In this document: piece after piece, positions 8,373 to 18,672 of the stretch | Layout of the letters: every line of letters begins with the position of its first letter | How positions within the stretch are numbered: position 1 is the stretch's first letter | NCBI GenBank assembly: GCA_938084645.1 | Contig: CALKEP010000001.1 | Location: 96,001-160,000 of the forward strand | Direction: 5' to 3' | Length of the DNA: 64,000 nucleotides | Source of the DNA: an uncultured Phycisphaerales bacterium | GTDB lineage: Bacteria > Planctomycetota > Phycisphaerae > Phycisphaerales > SM1A02 | Program-made: the position numbers and the translations under genes | The notes under the pieces: generated by a model | The model's input: the letters and a program-made list of their open reading frames with translations, nothing else | Told to the model about the DNA's origin: nothing | Database searches by the model: none

Positions 8373-10765
8373 GAGATTCCCTCTCGATAGCTCGCCGCGA
8401 TGGGCTCCGCGAGGATCGGCCAGAGGATTCCGTCGGGCAGGACGATGTCCTCGTCGTACTCGAGGAGGATCTCGCCGAAGCCGCTGAAGTCGGGGTCCAG
8501 CGGATCCGAGCCCTCGCCGTCTCCGTCGTCGGGTCCGAAGTAACCGATGGTCGTGTTGAAGGCGTCGGTCTGGCCGTCGTAGAAAAGGGGACCTTCGCCC
8601 GCAACCGGGCGGAACGTCATCAGCAGGGTTCCCTTCACCGAGGCCGTTCCCCGGATGTCGAGGATCCCCGCGACGATCAGACCGCGCAGATCGACGCGGG
8701 GGGTCGCGTCGAGGTCGTCCGCGATCTCGTTGGTGAAGCTGCCCACGTCCACCGACCAGCCCGGCATCATGATCGAACTCTTCCGCATCTCGGAGAGCTG
8801 TTCCTCGGGAAGGCTCTCCAGCAGGTCCTGAAGCTCCTCGCCGTCGGGCTGTTCGAGCATGTCCTCGTCCTGGGGATCGGCGAAGAACCGGGACGCGCCG
8901 GTGACCTGGATCTTGTTCCGCCAGTGGGTGTACTCCCCGGGCGTGTCGCCCGCGAGCGACCCGAGGAAGGTGCAGTCCTCGAAGCGGAGATTGTTGGAGA
9001 GCACCTTCGAGTCCTGGACCTCGCCGAGGTCCGGATGGTTCGTGTAGAGCTCGCCGAACCGACTTCGGATCAGGAACCCCGGACCGCTGTCCGCGTCCTC
9101 GAGTGCCCCGGCGTAGTTCCAGTTGGGGTCGTTGCAGAGCTGTTCGGTCTCGACGTAGGTCACGCCGAGGAACGTGCAGTCCTCGAAGAGGGCGTTGGTA
9201 CCGGTGGGAATCGCGACGTTGCGGAAGGTGATGCCGCGGTAGATCGGCCGGAGATAGAGGTCGTAGGGGCTGAAGCTGCCGAGGGGGGTCGTCTCGTACC
9301 CGGGGTGATCGGGATCCCCGGGAAGAAGCGCCTCGCCACCGGCGGTGACACCGCTTGCAACCTGGTCCTCGAATGCTCCGCCGCCGAAGGCGACGTCCCG
9401 GAAGTAGGCGGCGCTGCCTTCGAACATGTCGGTCGTCACGACTCGGAGTTCCTCGGGGCCGAGACCGAAGGACATCGCGGCCTCTTCGGGCTCGGGTCGG
9501 ATGCCGCCGTGCACGATGGATCGAACGGGGGCGCCCTGCGTCGACTCCCAGTCGCTTCGTGCGACCGCGAACGCGAGCCGCCCGTCGACCTTGGTGAATC
9601 GATCCCAGGAGTCGAGCACGCCGTCCCGCCATCCGAGGCTCGTGTCGTCCGCATCGACCACGCCGTCGTCGTTCCGGTCGGGGGTCGCGTTGTCGACGAG
9701 ATGGGCGAACTGGTCGTCGATGCCTGCGAACTCCTCGGTCGCCCCGTTGGCGAGGGTCTGGTCGTAGACGACCCGCCCGTCGCCGTCGAGGTCGAACGCC
9801 TCGAGGAAGAGATCGAATTCGTCGATGAACTCGTCGCCGTCCAGGTCCTCGAACGCCTCGTTGAGGGCAAGGCCCTCGACGGGGTGACCCGGTCGGAGCC
9901 GGCCGTCGTCGTCCACGTCCGCTTCGGCGACGATCGCCTCGAACTCGTCCAGCCGCGCATCGAGGGCCGGGGTCAGCCAGCGGATGTCGCTCCGCATGTC
10001 GAGCGGATTGCCGTTGCCGGCGTTGAGTTCGCCTTCGGCTTCTCCGTAACGAGTCCCCAGCGGGCCGACGATCAGGACGTTCTTCCCGATCATGATCCGG
10101 TTCGGGCTCACCACCGCGTACTCGATCCGCTTGTCCAGTTGGACGAGCATCGAGAGGGTCCGACGGACTTCCCGATCGACCCCTTCGCTGGTGATGCGGA
10201 TGGCGGCTTCGTCCGGAACCAGCTCGTACCGCAGTCGAAAGTAGGCGGCGTTCTCTTCGGCGGAGACGCGGATCGGCCGCACCGCGAGCAGATCACCGCT
10301 GGTGTCGATGTCGGGAAGCGCGGCGTCGCCGGGCTCGATGATCTCGCCGTGGTCGCCTGCGAGGTGGGCGTCCCGCACGGCTTCCGCGAGGCTGGAAGGG
10401 TCGGTGCTGGTGACGTACCCGTCGGCCGGGGAGACGATGACTTCACCGTCGGTCGAGGTGTCGTAGGTCCCGTTCCAGAGTTCGGCGGTGAATTCAGCGT
10501 CGATCTCGCCCTTTCGGACCACGAAACGGCTGGCCTCGCGTTCGAGGATCCAGGTGCCGTAGACGAGTCCGGTCTCCGCGGCGCTGGTCGAGCGGCTGAC
10601 CCGCAGGGAGACGTCGGCGGTCCGCACGTTTCCGCTCGCCACCACGGCCATCGCCGCGGCGAGCGAGCCGAAGATCACGAGGAACATCATGGAAAGCACG
10701 CTCGCGACACCCCGCCGTCGGCGGCGTGTCAGGGAACGTCGTGGTTCGAAGTCGTTGGGTCTCAT
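8369..10765 (-). CDS. Large PilX/GspK-like pilin-type protein with Dx[DN]xDG Ca-binding-like loops
   Basis: RRRRG-VASVLSMMFLVIF (no E5) followed by AAETGL, typical of PilX N-termini; acidic body with several DxDxDG loops. Confidence 0.72.
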   Translation of the reverse strand: MRPNDFEPRRSLTRRRRRGVASVLSMMFLVIFGSLAAAMAVVASGNVRTADVSLRVSRSTSAAETGLVYGTWILEREASRFVVRKGEIDAEFTAELWNGTYDTSTDGEVIVSPADGYVTSTDPSSLAEAVRDAHLAGDHGEIIEPGDAALPDIDTSGDLLAVRPIRVSAEENAAYFRLRYELVPDEAAIRITSEGVDREVRRTLSMLVQLDKRIEYAVVSPNRIMIGKNVLIVGPLGTRYGEAEGELNAGNGNPLDMRSDIRWLTPALDARLDEFEAIVAEADVDDDGRLRPGHPVEGLALNEAFEDLDGDEFIDEFDLFLEAFDLDGDGRVVYDQTLANGATEEFAGIDDQFAHLVDNATPDRNDDGVVDADDTSLGWRDGVLDSWDRFTKVDGRLAFAVARSDWESTQGAPVRSIVHGGIRPEPEEAAMSFGLGPEELRVVTTDMFEGSAAYFRDVAFGGGAFEDQVASGVTAGGEALLPGDPDHPGYETTPLGSFSPYDLYLRPIYRGITFRNVAIPTGTNALFEDCTFLGVTYVETEQLCNDPNWNYAGALEDADSGPGFLIRSRFGELYTNHPDLGEVQDSKVLSNNLRFEDCTFLGSLAGDTPGEYTHWRNKIQVTGASRFFADPQDEDMLEQPDGEELQDLLESLPEEQLSEMRKSSIMMPGWSVDVGSFTNEIADDLDATPRVDLRGLIVAGILDIRGTASVKGTLLMTFRPVAGEGPLFYDGQTDAFNTTIGYFGPDDGDGEGSDPLDPDFSGFGEILLEYDEDIVLPDGILWPILAEPIAASYREGIS

Positions 10766-10805
10766 GATCTCGCTCCGCGCCTCGCGGTGTCGACGGATCC
10801 GCGGC

Positions 10806-11351
10806 TCATCGCGGCTGGATCCAGGTGAGCCTCGTGATCTCCATGGATTCGATGTCGTTCGGCCCCTGGTATTCCACGATCACTTCGACCCTGGTCATCT
10901 CGCTGCTGCCGTCCTCGAGCGTGGTGCGCACGTCGAACGGATCGACGTTCGAGACGAGGATCCGCTGTCGCCATCCCGGCATGTTGGAGAACGGAGTCCG
11001 CATCGCGGTGATCGGCCCGTTTCCAAGGTCCGCCGAGAAGACGGCGCCGTCGAAGTCGTCGATGTCGTCCCAGTCTTCCGCCACGACCTCGTTGGGCTCC
11101 GGTCCCCAGTACTCCGATCCGGTCACCGGATCGATGGTGGGGAGGTTGAGTGTGAGTTCGCGGATCTCGCCGGCGAGTCGCATCGCGTTCGCGGATCGCT
11201 GGGCCCAGCCGTTCTGGCGGTGGAAGGTCTGCTGCGCCGCGATCATCGCGAGCACTCCGGTGCCGATGATGACGGTGGCGAGCGCCGATTCGATGAGAGT
11301 GAACCCGCGGCGACGGCCTCGATGCACGACTTGTCGGGCGTGATGCGACAT
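10806..11351 (-). CDS. Prepilin-type minor pilin (PilV/MshD-like)
   Basis: RRRG-FTLIESALATVII; WGPE...DWDDIDDFDG reminiscent of the MshD DDVDD motif; GGAGGAGG before ATG 11351. Confidence 0.8.
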   Translation of the reverse strand: MSHHARQVVHRGRRRGFTLIESALATVIIGTGVLAMIAAQQTFHRQNGWAQRSANAMRLAGEIRELTLNLPTIDPVTGSEYWGPEPNEVVAEDWDDIDDFDGAVFSADLGNGPITAMRTPFSNMPGWRQRILVSNVDPFDVRTTLEDGSSEMTRVEVIVEYQGPNDIESMEITRLTWIQPR

Positions 11352-11366
11352 CGGATCCTCCTCCAT

Positions 11367-12590
11367 TCAGCCGGACACCAGGCTGCTCATCTTGAAGATG
11401 GGCAGGATGATCGCCATGGCGATGAAACCCACGATCGAACCCATGATCACGATCATCAGCGGTTCGATCATGCTGGTGACCGCCTTGATCGCTTCTCGAA
11501 GCACGCGGTGGTAGTAGTCGCTGACCTCGTCGAGCACCTCACCGAGCTTGCCGGAGTCCTCGCCCGCCGCGACCATCTGGACGACGGACTTCGGGAGAAG
11601 GGGGGACTTCGACAGCTGCGTCTGGATCTTCCGACCCTGTCGCACCGAGGCGTGCACGGAACGCCACATCCGCTTGAACAGGCGGTTCCCCGAGATGTCG
11701 CCGGTGATGGCGAGGGTGTCGAGCATGGGCACGCCGGCGTTGAGCAGTTCGCCCATGGTGTGAAGGGAACGGCTGATGTAGAGGGCTCGGAACATCCGAT
11801 TCGCGACGGGCATCGAGAGCTTCGATCGGTCCCACCAGAAACCGCCGAGCTCGGTCCGCACGAACAGGACGAACCCCGTGATCGCGGCCGCGGCGGCGAT
11901 GAGAATGACCCACCAGAAGCCGACCATGAAGTCCGAGAGCGACATGAGGAACTTCGTCGGGCCCGGCAGGGCCTCCTCCTTGCCCTCGAACACGCCCGCG
12001 AATCGCGGAAGCACGAACGTCAGCAGGAAGACGGTCACGCCGATCGCCATGGTGGCGATGATCCCGGGGTAGATGCTCGCGCCGACCACCATCTTCCGCG
12101 TCTCCAGTTCCTGCTGGAGATAGGCGGCGATCCGATCGAGCATGCGTGCGAACGCACCGCTCATCTCGGATGCCTTGACCATGCTGATGTAGAGCTGGCC
12201 GAAGAGCTTCGGATGCTTGGAGATCGCCTCGGAGAACTGTCGTCCGCTCTCGATGTCCGACTTGATCTCGAGCAGGATCCGCTTGAACTTGACGTTGGTG
12301 GTCTGGTCCGCGATCCCTTCGAGGGCCTGCCGGATGCTGATCCCGGCGCGGATCATGACCGCGAGCTGGGTCGTGAAGTCGAGGATCTCCTTCTTGCCCG
12401 GACCGCTCGACCAGCTCAGTTTCTCACTGAGACCCGAGAAGCGATCCTGGGTCGCGGTGGGGGCGAGCTGGACCACGTGGAGCCCCTTGCCCCGGAGCAT
12501 CGCGGCCGCGGTCGCGGCGTCCGTCGCGGCGAGGGCGCCGGCTTCGACGGTTCCCGATCCGTTGCGGGCCTGATAGGTGTACTGGGGCAT
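11367..12590 (-). CDS. pilC: Type IV pilus/T2SS inner-membrane platform protein (PilC/GspF family)
   Basis: FTTQLAVMIRAGI, ASIYP, GEDSGKL, IEPLMIVIMG...PIF. Confidence 0.92.
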   Translation of the reverse strand: MPQYTYQARNGSGTVEAGALAATDAATAAAMLRGKGLHVVQLAPTATQDRFSGLSEKLSWSSGPGKKEILDFTTQLAVMIRAGISIRQALEGIADQTTNVKFKRILLEIKSDIESGRQFSEAISKHPKLFGQLYISMVKASEMSGAFARMLDRIAAYLQQELETRKMVVGASIYPGIIATMAIGVTVFLLTFVLPRFAGVFEGKEEALPGPTKFLMSLSDFMVGFWWVILIAAAAAITGFVLFVRTELGGFWWDRSKLSMPVANRMFRALYISRSLHTMGELLNAGVPMLDTLAITGDISGNRLFKRMWRSVHASVRQGRKIQTQLSKSPLLPKSVVQMVAAGEDSGKLGEVLDEVSDYYHRVLREAIKAVTSMIEPLMIVIMGSIVGFIAMAIILPIFKMSSLVSG

Positions 12591-12612
12591 GGTGTTGCTT
12601 CCGTCCCTCGCC

Positions 12613-13668
12613 TCAGGCGGCGATCATGCGTTCGAGCTTGTCGGGGTTCGCGGACTGGGCGATCGCGTCCTCGCGACTGATCATTCCGTTGTAGAAGAGC
12701 TCCGCGATCGCGGTGTCGAGACCGATCATGCCGAGCTGGCGGTTGGTGTCGATCACGTTCGGGATCTCGAAGGTCCGCGCCTCGCGGATGATGTTCCGGA
12801 TCGCGGGCGTGCAGAGCATGATCTCGATCGCCGGGACCATGCCCGAACGATCGATCCGACTGAAGAGCGTCTGGCTCACCACCGCCTGAAGGGTGTTCGC
12901 GAGCATCGACCGGATCTGGTTCTGCTGGCCGGCCGGATACATGTCGATGATCCGTTCGACGGTCTGGGACGCGTCGACGGTGTGAAGCGTCGAGAAGACG
13001 AGGTGACCGGTCTCGGCGGCGCTGATCGCGAGCGCCGACGTCTCGAGGTCCCGCATCTCGCCGACCAGGATGATGTCGGGATCCTGGCGAAGGGCATGCT
13101 TGAGGCCGCTCGCGAAGCTGGGCATGTCGGTGCCGAGTTCACGTTGTTCGATCAGGCACTTGTCGCTCTCGAACACGTATTCCGTCGGATCTTCGAGGGT
13201 GATGACGTGCTTGCGGTAGCGTTCGTTCATCGCCTGGATCATGGCGGCGAGCGTCGTCGACTTGCCGGAACCCGTGTCGCCCGTCACGAGGACGAGGCCC
13301 CGGGGCAGGTAGGTGAGTCGGGAGATGACCTCCGGCAGATTGAGATCGGCGAGCGGCGGAACCGTGGACTTGATTCCACGAAGCGCCAGGCCGACCACGC
13401 CCTTCTGAAGGTGGGCGTTGACCCGGTAGCGCTGGAGTCCCGTCACTTCATAGGAGAAGTCGAGGTCCATCTCGGCGTCGAAGACCTTGAGCTGAGCGGG
13501 TGTCAGCATCTGCTCCAGCGCACGGCGCAGGCCCTCCGGGGTGAGCGGGGGGCACTCCATGGCCGTCATCACCGTGTGCACCCGCACCATCGGAGGATGG
13601 CCAGCCACGAGATGGATGTCGGACGCGTCCTGCTCGAACGCCTGTCGAAGAATGTCGTTGAGATGCAT
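12613..13668 (-). CDS. pilT: Type IV pilus retraction ATPase
   Basis: ASDIHL, Walker A GDTGSGKSTT, TLEDPTE, LRQDPDIILVGEMRD, AETGHLVFSTLHT, PilT-type AIRNIIRE. Confidence 0.93.
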   Translation of the reverse strand: MHLNDILRQAFEQDASDIHLVAGHPPMVRVHTVMTAMECPPLTPEGLRRALEQMLTPAQLKVFDAEMDLDFSYEVTGLQRYRVNAHLQKGVVGLALRGIKSTVPPLADLNLPEVISRLTYLPRGLVLVTGDTGSGKSTTLAAMIQAMNERYRKHVITLEDPTEYVFESDKCLIEQRELGTDMPSFASGLKHALRQDPDIILVGEMRDLETSALAISAAETGHLVFSTLHTVDASQTVERIIDMYPAGQQNQIRSMLANTLQAVVSQTLFSRIDRSGMVPAIEIMLCTPAIRNIIREARTFEIPNVIDTNRQLGMIGLDTAIAELFYNGMISREDAIAQSANPDKLERMIAA

Positions 13669-13761
13669 CTGCCACTCCGCCGGATGAAGGAACCGAACTT
13701 CCTTGGGAGCATCGGTCGGGCGGAGGCGCGGGTTGACTGGAACCTCGCGGGTTCGGTCGGA

Positions 13762-14301
13762 TCAGGGGGCCTTGGTGCCGTTTTCCGACGATTCCGGTGG
13801 TGCGGATGTCGCGGCTCGGTTCAGCGTGAAGGTGCCGGAACCGCTGAACGGCTCGGTGGGACGGCGGATACCGACGTCGAACAGGATTCGGCCGAGGAAT
13901 CCCGGGGCCTGATATCGGACGCCACCCTCGAGGCGCCACGAGATCGGGGCGTCGAGATCGACCTGCTCGGCGAGATCCGCGGGCAGGGCAATCGAGGCGG
14001 GAATCTCCATGGTGATCGACTGGCCGGGTGGAATCGTCCGGAGAGCCGCCCAGCGGCCCTCGAACGCCCCCACGTCCTGGACGGTGAACACGTACTCGAA
14101 TCGCTCGAGGGGAATGTCCTCGGAGCCGTCATTGGTCAGTCGAAGATCGATCCGGAACTGGGCGGCGTCGTCGGTTCTCGCCGTCGGTCGTGCGCCCGTC
14201 GTGGCGACCCGGGGGACCGCACCGCACCCGACGGCGAAAAGCAACGTCGAAACCAGGAGGACGGTCGGGTTGAGGACGAGTCGGAGGTTCATGCTTCGCA
14301 T
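13762..14301 (-). CDS. Putative lipoprotein, LEA_2/WHy-like Ig fold
   Basis: Lipobox FAVGC after hydrophobic stretch; FRIDLRLTN...IPL..FEY pattern resembles LEA_2; start uncertain (14292 or 14301). Confidence 0.6.
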   Translation of the reverse strand: MRSMNLRLVLNPTVLLVSTLLFAVGCGAVPRVATTGARPTARTDDAAQFRIDLRLTNDGSEDIPLERFEYVFTVQDVGAFEGRWAALRTIPPGQSITMEIPASIALPADLAEQVDLDAPISWRLEGGVRYQAPGFLGRILFDVGIRRPTEPFSGSGTFTLNRAATSAPPESSENGTKAP

Positions 14302-14337
14302 ACTGTACAGAGAGGGGGTGATTCGCTCCCGATCCTC

Positions 14338-17300
14338 ATGATGACGCCAACGATGACCAAGCAAGGGCTCGATTTTCGCGGACTTCGCGGGTGGGTCCGT
14401 CTCGCCCCGATGATCCCGCTCCTGCTGTGCTCCACCGCGATGGCGGTGCCTCGACAGGTGGACATCGCCGTGACCGTCGACGATTCACCCGTCGCGACCC
14501 GCTCTCTGAACGAGGCGATGGTCCAGGCCAAGGACAACCCGGCCCGTACGGCGGACCTTCTCGCGTCGCTGCTCGACGAGTACGGGATCCGGCTCGCCGA
14601 GACGGATCGGCCCGGTCGGTTCGCGTCCGTCCGGGACGAGGCGATCAGGATCCTCCGCTCCGATGCCACGGTGCTGGCGGCGTGGCGTCGCGAGGTGTCC
14701 GCCAACGCGACTCGATTGCTGGAGACGGGGAACCCGGGAGAGGCGTTCGATCGGCGGCCGCTGACCGATGCCGGATTGGAGTCCGGGCTTCGGCTGGCTC
14801 AGATGGCGATCGAGTCCGGGAGTCCGTTGGCGGGACTCACGATGCTCGATGACCTCGAGTCCTGGCCCGGCGCCGCCGATTGGCGTCGTCGTCTCCTCGT
14901 TCTTCGGGGACTCGGCTGCGTGGCGGCGTTGCGCCGTGATCCTGCGGCTCGCGATCGAGTGGATCTGGTGGCGACGCTCGAGGGCGTCCTCGGTGAACTC
15001 GCCACGGTGGACGAGGAGGCCGAGGCGATGATCCGTCGCATCGGGGCGACTCCCGACCCCGGGGTCCGGCGGCCCATTCCCAGCCTCGCATCGATCCGCG
15101 ATGCCGATTGGACTCGGATCTGGGAGGAGCCGCTGCTCGACACGCTGTATCGCCGCCGCTACTACGACTCCGTCGATGGGCGCGCCTTTTCCGAATCGAA
15201 CGCGTCGAGAGCGCGGCTTGCGGGATCGAGCATGACGACGGTGCCCGCGGTGTACGGGGACCTCGTTCTCGTCAACGAGGGTTTCCTGATCCGGGGATTC
15301 GATCGATACACCGGTCGCATGCGGTGGTTCCGGGACTTCGGCGTGTCGCGTGGAATGCGGCCGAGCGGGACTCCCGGCGACCTCGGCGAGATCGTGATCG
15401 AGGGTGGTGCGGCGTTCACGGTCGTCGGTCACGCCTTCGGCGCGGGCCGAGAGGGGGCCGGTGAGATCCTTCGCTTCGATCCGGAGACGGGGTTGGAACG
15501 CTGGAGGATCCAGCCGCCACGACTGTTCGAGGACGGATCGCTCGATGGCTCCTTCATCTCCGGCCCACCATTGCCCCTCGGCGACATCGTGGCGATTCCG
15601 CTTCGAAAGTCCAACACCAGGCTCGAGACCATCGAGTACGTGCTCGCGCTCGATCAGGACGATGGGAGCCTGCGGTGGCTCCGACCGATCGCGTCGAGCG
15701 GTGGCGTCCGGATGGGCGGGGTACGGACATTCGCCCGTCTCGCGGCGTACGACGGCGACGTGGTCGTCTCGTCCGCCGCGGGTGCCATCGCCCGGCTGGA
15801 GGCTCGAAGCGGTCGAATCCGGTGGCTCCGTCGTGAGGAAGTGCCGCTTCGGGCACCACGGATCCCCGCGATGCCATGGCAGATCGGCGGCCCCGTCGCG
15901 CTTGATGTCGGTATCGCGACGCTGGATCCCGCGGGCGAGCACTGGTTGTTGCTCGATCCGGAGACGGGAGAGGATCTGATTCGTCGACCGGTGGGCCCCG
16001 GAACCATCGCGGGAGCGGTCCGCTATCTGCTCGCGTTTCCGGACCCCGCCGAAGGGCGCGACCTGCTTCTCGCGATCGGCGAGGGCATCGTGGCGCTCGA
16101 TCCCTCCGGCGGCGAGGAACCAGTCTGGACACTGGCCCGATCGATCGTGGATGCGAGCGATTCCAACACGCTCGAGCCCGTGAGCTGGTCGAACGGAATC
16201 CGTGGGCGGGTGGCGGTCGTCTCGGGTGGCGTGATCGTGCCCTCGCTCGACTTTCTCGCGTTGATCGACGGCCGGACGGGTGGGATGGAGCGTCTGATTC
16301 CGATGCCGGGAGGTGGTAATCCCCTCGTCACTCGAACGGGGATCTTCGTCGCCGGTGACGATCGTCTCGTGGCGGCCATGCCGCTCGAAGAAGCGGTCGC
16401 GACCTTGCGCGACCGGGTCCGGAAGTTCCCCGACGCGATCGTCCAGGCCCTCGCCTTGTTGGAGCTCGCCGGAGGCCTCGGCGACCGAGCGCTCGTCCTG
16501 GAGGCGGCCGAGGCGGCGGTCGTCGGCCTCGCCCGGGTCCCGGATCCGATCCTGCGGGTCGAGCTTCTGGACCGCCTGCTCGAATCCGTGGAGTCGTCCC
16601 CGGATCCTCGGGATGGCGAGCGTCTGCTGGAACTGGCGGCGGAGGTCGCGATCACGCCGGAGGGCCGGGTTCGACGGCAACTGGCTCTGGGCGACTGGAT
16701 GTCGCGCCAAGGACGGGTCGAGGATGCGGTCGAGGCTTGGGCGACGATTCTGGAGTCGACGGCCCTCGCGACGGTGGTGATCCAGGCCGATGCCGACGTG
16801 ATCACCACGGGCGGTGGCGTCGCGCGGTCGCGGGTGCTCGCCTCGCAACGGGTGACGCCCTCGGTCCGCACCTGGCTCGATCGTCGTTCCATCGATCTCT
16901 TCGAGGGGATGCTCGTCGAGCGTGGTACCGCCGAGGACTTCGTCTCCGTCGTTCGACGCTTTCCCGGGACCCAGGGTGCCCTGCGTGCCGGGCGCCGGGC
17001 GATCGAGATCCTGCGCGATGAAGGTCGGCCGCTCGAGGCCGCAGCGGTCGCACGGATCGTCGCGCGGGATCTCGATTCCGGGGATCCCCGGTTGAAGGAG
17101 CTCCTTCGTTTCACGGCGGCGATCGCCCTCGAAGCCGATCGGCCATCTCTGGCAAAGGCCCTGGATCCCGGCTCGACGATTGCCGAGGCGGACGCATCAC
17201 TCGTCGGGTGGCCTGCCGTGGATCCCCGGACCCGGTCGCCTCGACGTCCGATTCTGGGTGGATCACCTCGCAATCTCCGACTCGTCCCCGGCGTGCTGGT

Positions 17301-18561
17301 CGCCGAAAGTCAGGTGGCGTCACTGGAATCTCCGACGGACGCGGTGCTGGTGGTCGAGGAAGAAGGCCGGTCACTGGTCCGCCGATCGGCCGACGGGCTC
17401 TCGGTCGAGTGGCGGCTTCCGCTCGCGGGCAACGGCGTCGAGATTCTGCGGTACGAGCCGGAGTTGCTGGTCTGGGAGGGGGGTGACCTCCGTGATCCCC
17501 AGTTGAGTGCCGTGGATCCGGCGACCGGCGCGCTGTTGTGGTCGACGCCACGGGCAAGCTCCCTGTTGCCGGCACCGGCCCGGATCGCCGTCGGGGCCGA
17601 CGGGTTTCTTCCCGACAGCACGCCGTTCCTTCCCTTCGAGATTCTTCCGATGCCGGTGGACGACGGCGTGGTGCTCGCACGCCGGGACGGCAGCATGGTC
17701 AAGATCGAGGCGGGGGATGGTCGGACGGTCGATTGGGCGCGTGAGGAGGTGCTGGACCGAATCTACGACGTCCATCGCGCCGGCGGCCTCCTGCACATTC
17801 GCGGGGCCTCCATCGGCGTCGACGGAGATACCGTCGGCACGGTCGTCAGCGTGGACCCTGCTGACGGTCGGACCGTCCACCAGGCGAGCGTCCCCGGTGG
17901 TGAGATCCGCTGGCTTGCCACGGACTCGCTGGGCCGGCTGGCGGTCGGATCGACGCGATCGGTGACCCTGATCGATCCGAACGAGGCCCTGCTCGGCGGT
18001 GGGGATCGATGGTCGCGTTCGGATTCACGATTGCTGGGGTCGGAGATCGCGTGGTTCGACGACGGCCGACTCGTCGTCGTGGACGATCGAGGGGTTCCGG
18101 TGGCGTTCGACATCGACCTCGGAGCGATCGACGAGACCCGCTGGAACCTCCCGGTGGATTCGGACTGGATCCCGGGCGGGGCCGTCAGAACGGTCCGGGA
18201 CGGGACCCATCGGTTCCTCGTGTTTCGAGATCGGCTCCTGCTCTTCGACCCGGAAGGCGAGATCACCGGCGTCGATCGGATCGCCGATGTGAACCGCATG
18301 GACTGGGAGGTCCTCCCGACACGTGATGGCGTCCGTCTGATCTCCCAACGCCCCGGCCGGGGTCGCTACACCTTCCGAGTCTTCGAACTCGACCCCGAGG
18401 CGGGCCTCCGGATCTCCGGCACCCCCTTCGAGGTGGAGCCCACCGCCGCCCGATATCAGCGGGCCCACGCCATCGACGGCTGGCTGCTCTTCGCCACGGA
18501 TCGTGAGATCAACGCGGTCCCGCTCCCCGGGAATGCCGCCCGGACGAACCCCGTCCCTTGA
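14338..18561 (+). CDS. Very large secreted PQQ-like beta-propeller repeat protein with helical/TPR-like segments
   Basis: Repeated xD..TG...W motifs (FDRYTGRMRW, FDPETGLERW, LDQDDGSLRW, VDPATGALLW); signal-like N-terminus; start uncertain (14338-14410). Confidence 0.75.
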   Translation: MMTPTMTKQGLDFRGLRGWVRLAPMIPLLLCSTAMAVPRQVDIAVTVDDSPVATRSLNEAMVQAKDNPARTADLLASLLDEYGIRLAETDRPGRFASVRDEAIRILRSDATVLAAWRREVSANATRLLETGNPGEAFDRRPLTDAGLESGLRLAQMAIESGSPLAGLTMLDDLESWPGAADWRRRLLVLRGLGCVAALRRDPAARDRVDLVATLEGVLGELATVDEEAEAMIRRIGATPDPGVRRPIPSLASIRDADWTRIWEEPLLDTLYRRRYYDSVDGRAFSESNASRARLAGSSMTTVPAVYGDLVLVNEGFLIRGFDRYTGRMRWFRDFGVSRGMRPSGTPGDLGEIVIEGGAAFTVVGHAFGAGREGAGEILRFDPETGLERWRIQPPRLFEDGSLDGSFISGPPLPLGDIVAIPLRKSNTRLETIEYVLALDQDDGSLRWLRPIASSGGVRMGGVRTFARLAAYDGDVVVSSAAGAIARLEARSGRIRWLRREEVPLRAPRIPAMPWQIGGPVALDVGIATLDPAGEHWLLLDPETGEDLIRRPVGPGTIAGAVRYLLAFPDPAEGRDLLLAIGEGIVALDPSGGEEPVWTLARSIVDASDSNTLEPVSWSNGIRGRVAVVSGGVIVPSLDFLALIDGRTGGMERLIPMPGGGNPLVTRTGIFVAGDDRLVAAMPLEEAVATLRDRVRKFPDAIVQALALLELAGGLGDRALVLEAAEAAVVGLARVPDPILRVELLDRLLESVESSPDPRDGERLLELAAEVAITPEGRVRRQLALGDWMSRQGRVEDAVEAWATILESTALATVVIQADADVITTGGGVARSRVLASQRVTPSVRTWLDRRSIDLFEGMLVERGTAEDFVSVVRRFPGTQGALRAGRRAIEILRDEGRPLEAAAVARIVARDLDSGDPRLKELLRFTAAIALEADRPSLAKALDPGSTIAEADASLVGWPAVDPRTRSPRRPILGGSPRNLRLVPGVLVAESQVASLESPTDAVLVVEEEGRSLVRRSADGLSVEWRLPLAGNGVEILRYEPELLVWEGGDLRDPQLSAVDPATGALLWSTPRASSLLPAPARIAVGADGFLPDSTPFLPFEILPMPVDDGVVLARRDGSMVKIEAGDGRTVDWAREEVLDRIYDVHRAGGLLHIRGASIGVDGDTVGTVVSVDPADGRTVHQASVPGGEIRWLATDSLGRLAVGSTRSVTLIDPNEALLGGGDRWSRSDSRLLGSEIAWFDDGRLVVVDDRGVPVAFDIDLGAIDETRWNLPVDSDWIPGGAVRTVRDGTHRFLVFRDRLLLFDPEGEITGVDRIADVNRMDWEVLPTRDGVRLISQRPGRGRYTFRVFELDPEAGLRISGTPFEVEPTAARYQRAHAIDGWLLFATDREINAVPLPGNAARTNPVP

Positions 18562-18672
18562 CGACTTCCGCTTGATCGGGCATAAAACGCACCCGGCGTT
18601 TCGGACGGCAGGTCGCGGATGGCGTGCTGGTCCGGGTCCGCCGAGTTTCCGTGTTCGAGAAGGACTGGTTTC

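Noticed and set aside
8373..9632. N-terminal extension of the 613-aa ORF 7791..9632
   Set aside because: Arg-rich alternative frame of the PilX-like gene; the prepilin motif and GTGA coupling place the start at 8372
12577..14337. N-terminal ~590 aa of the 1994-aa plus-strand ORF
   Set aside because: Antisense to pilT and the lipoprotein gene; the real protein starts near 14338-14410
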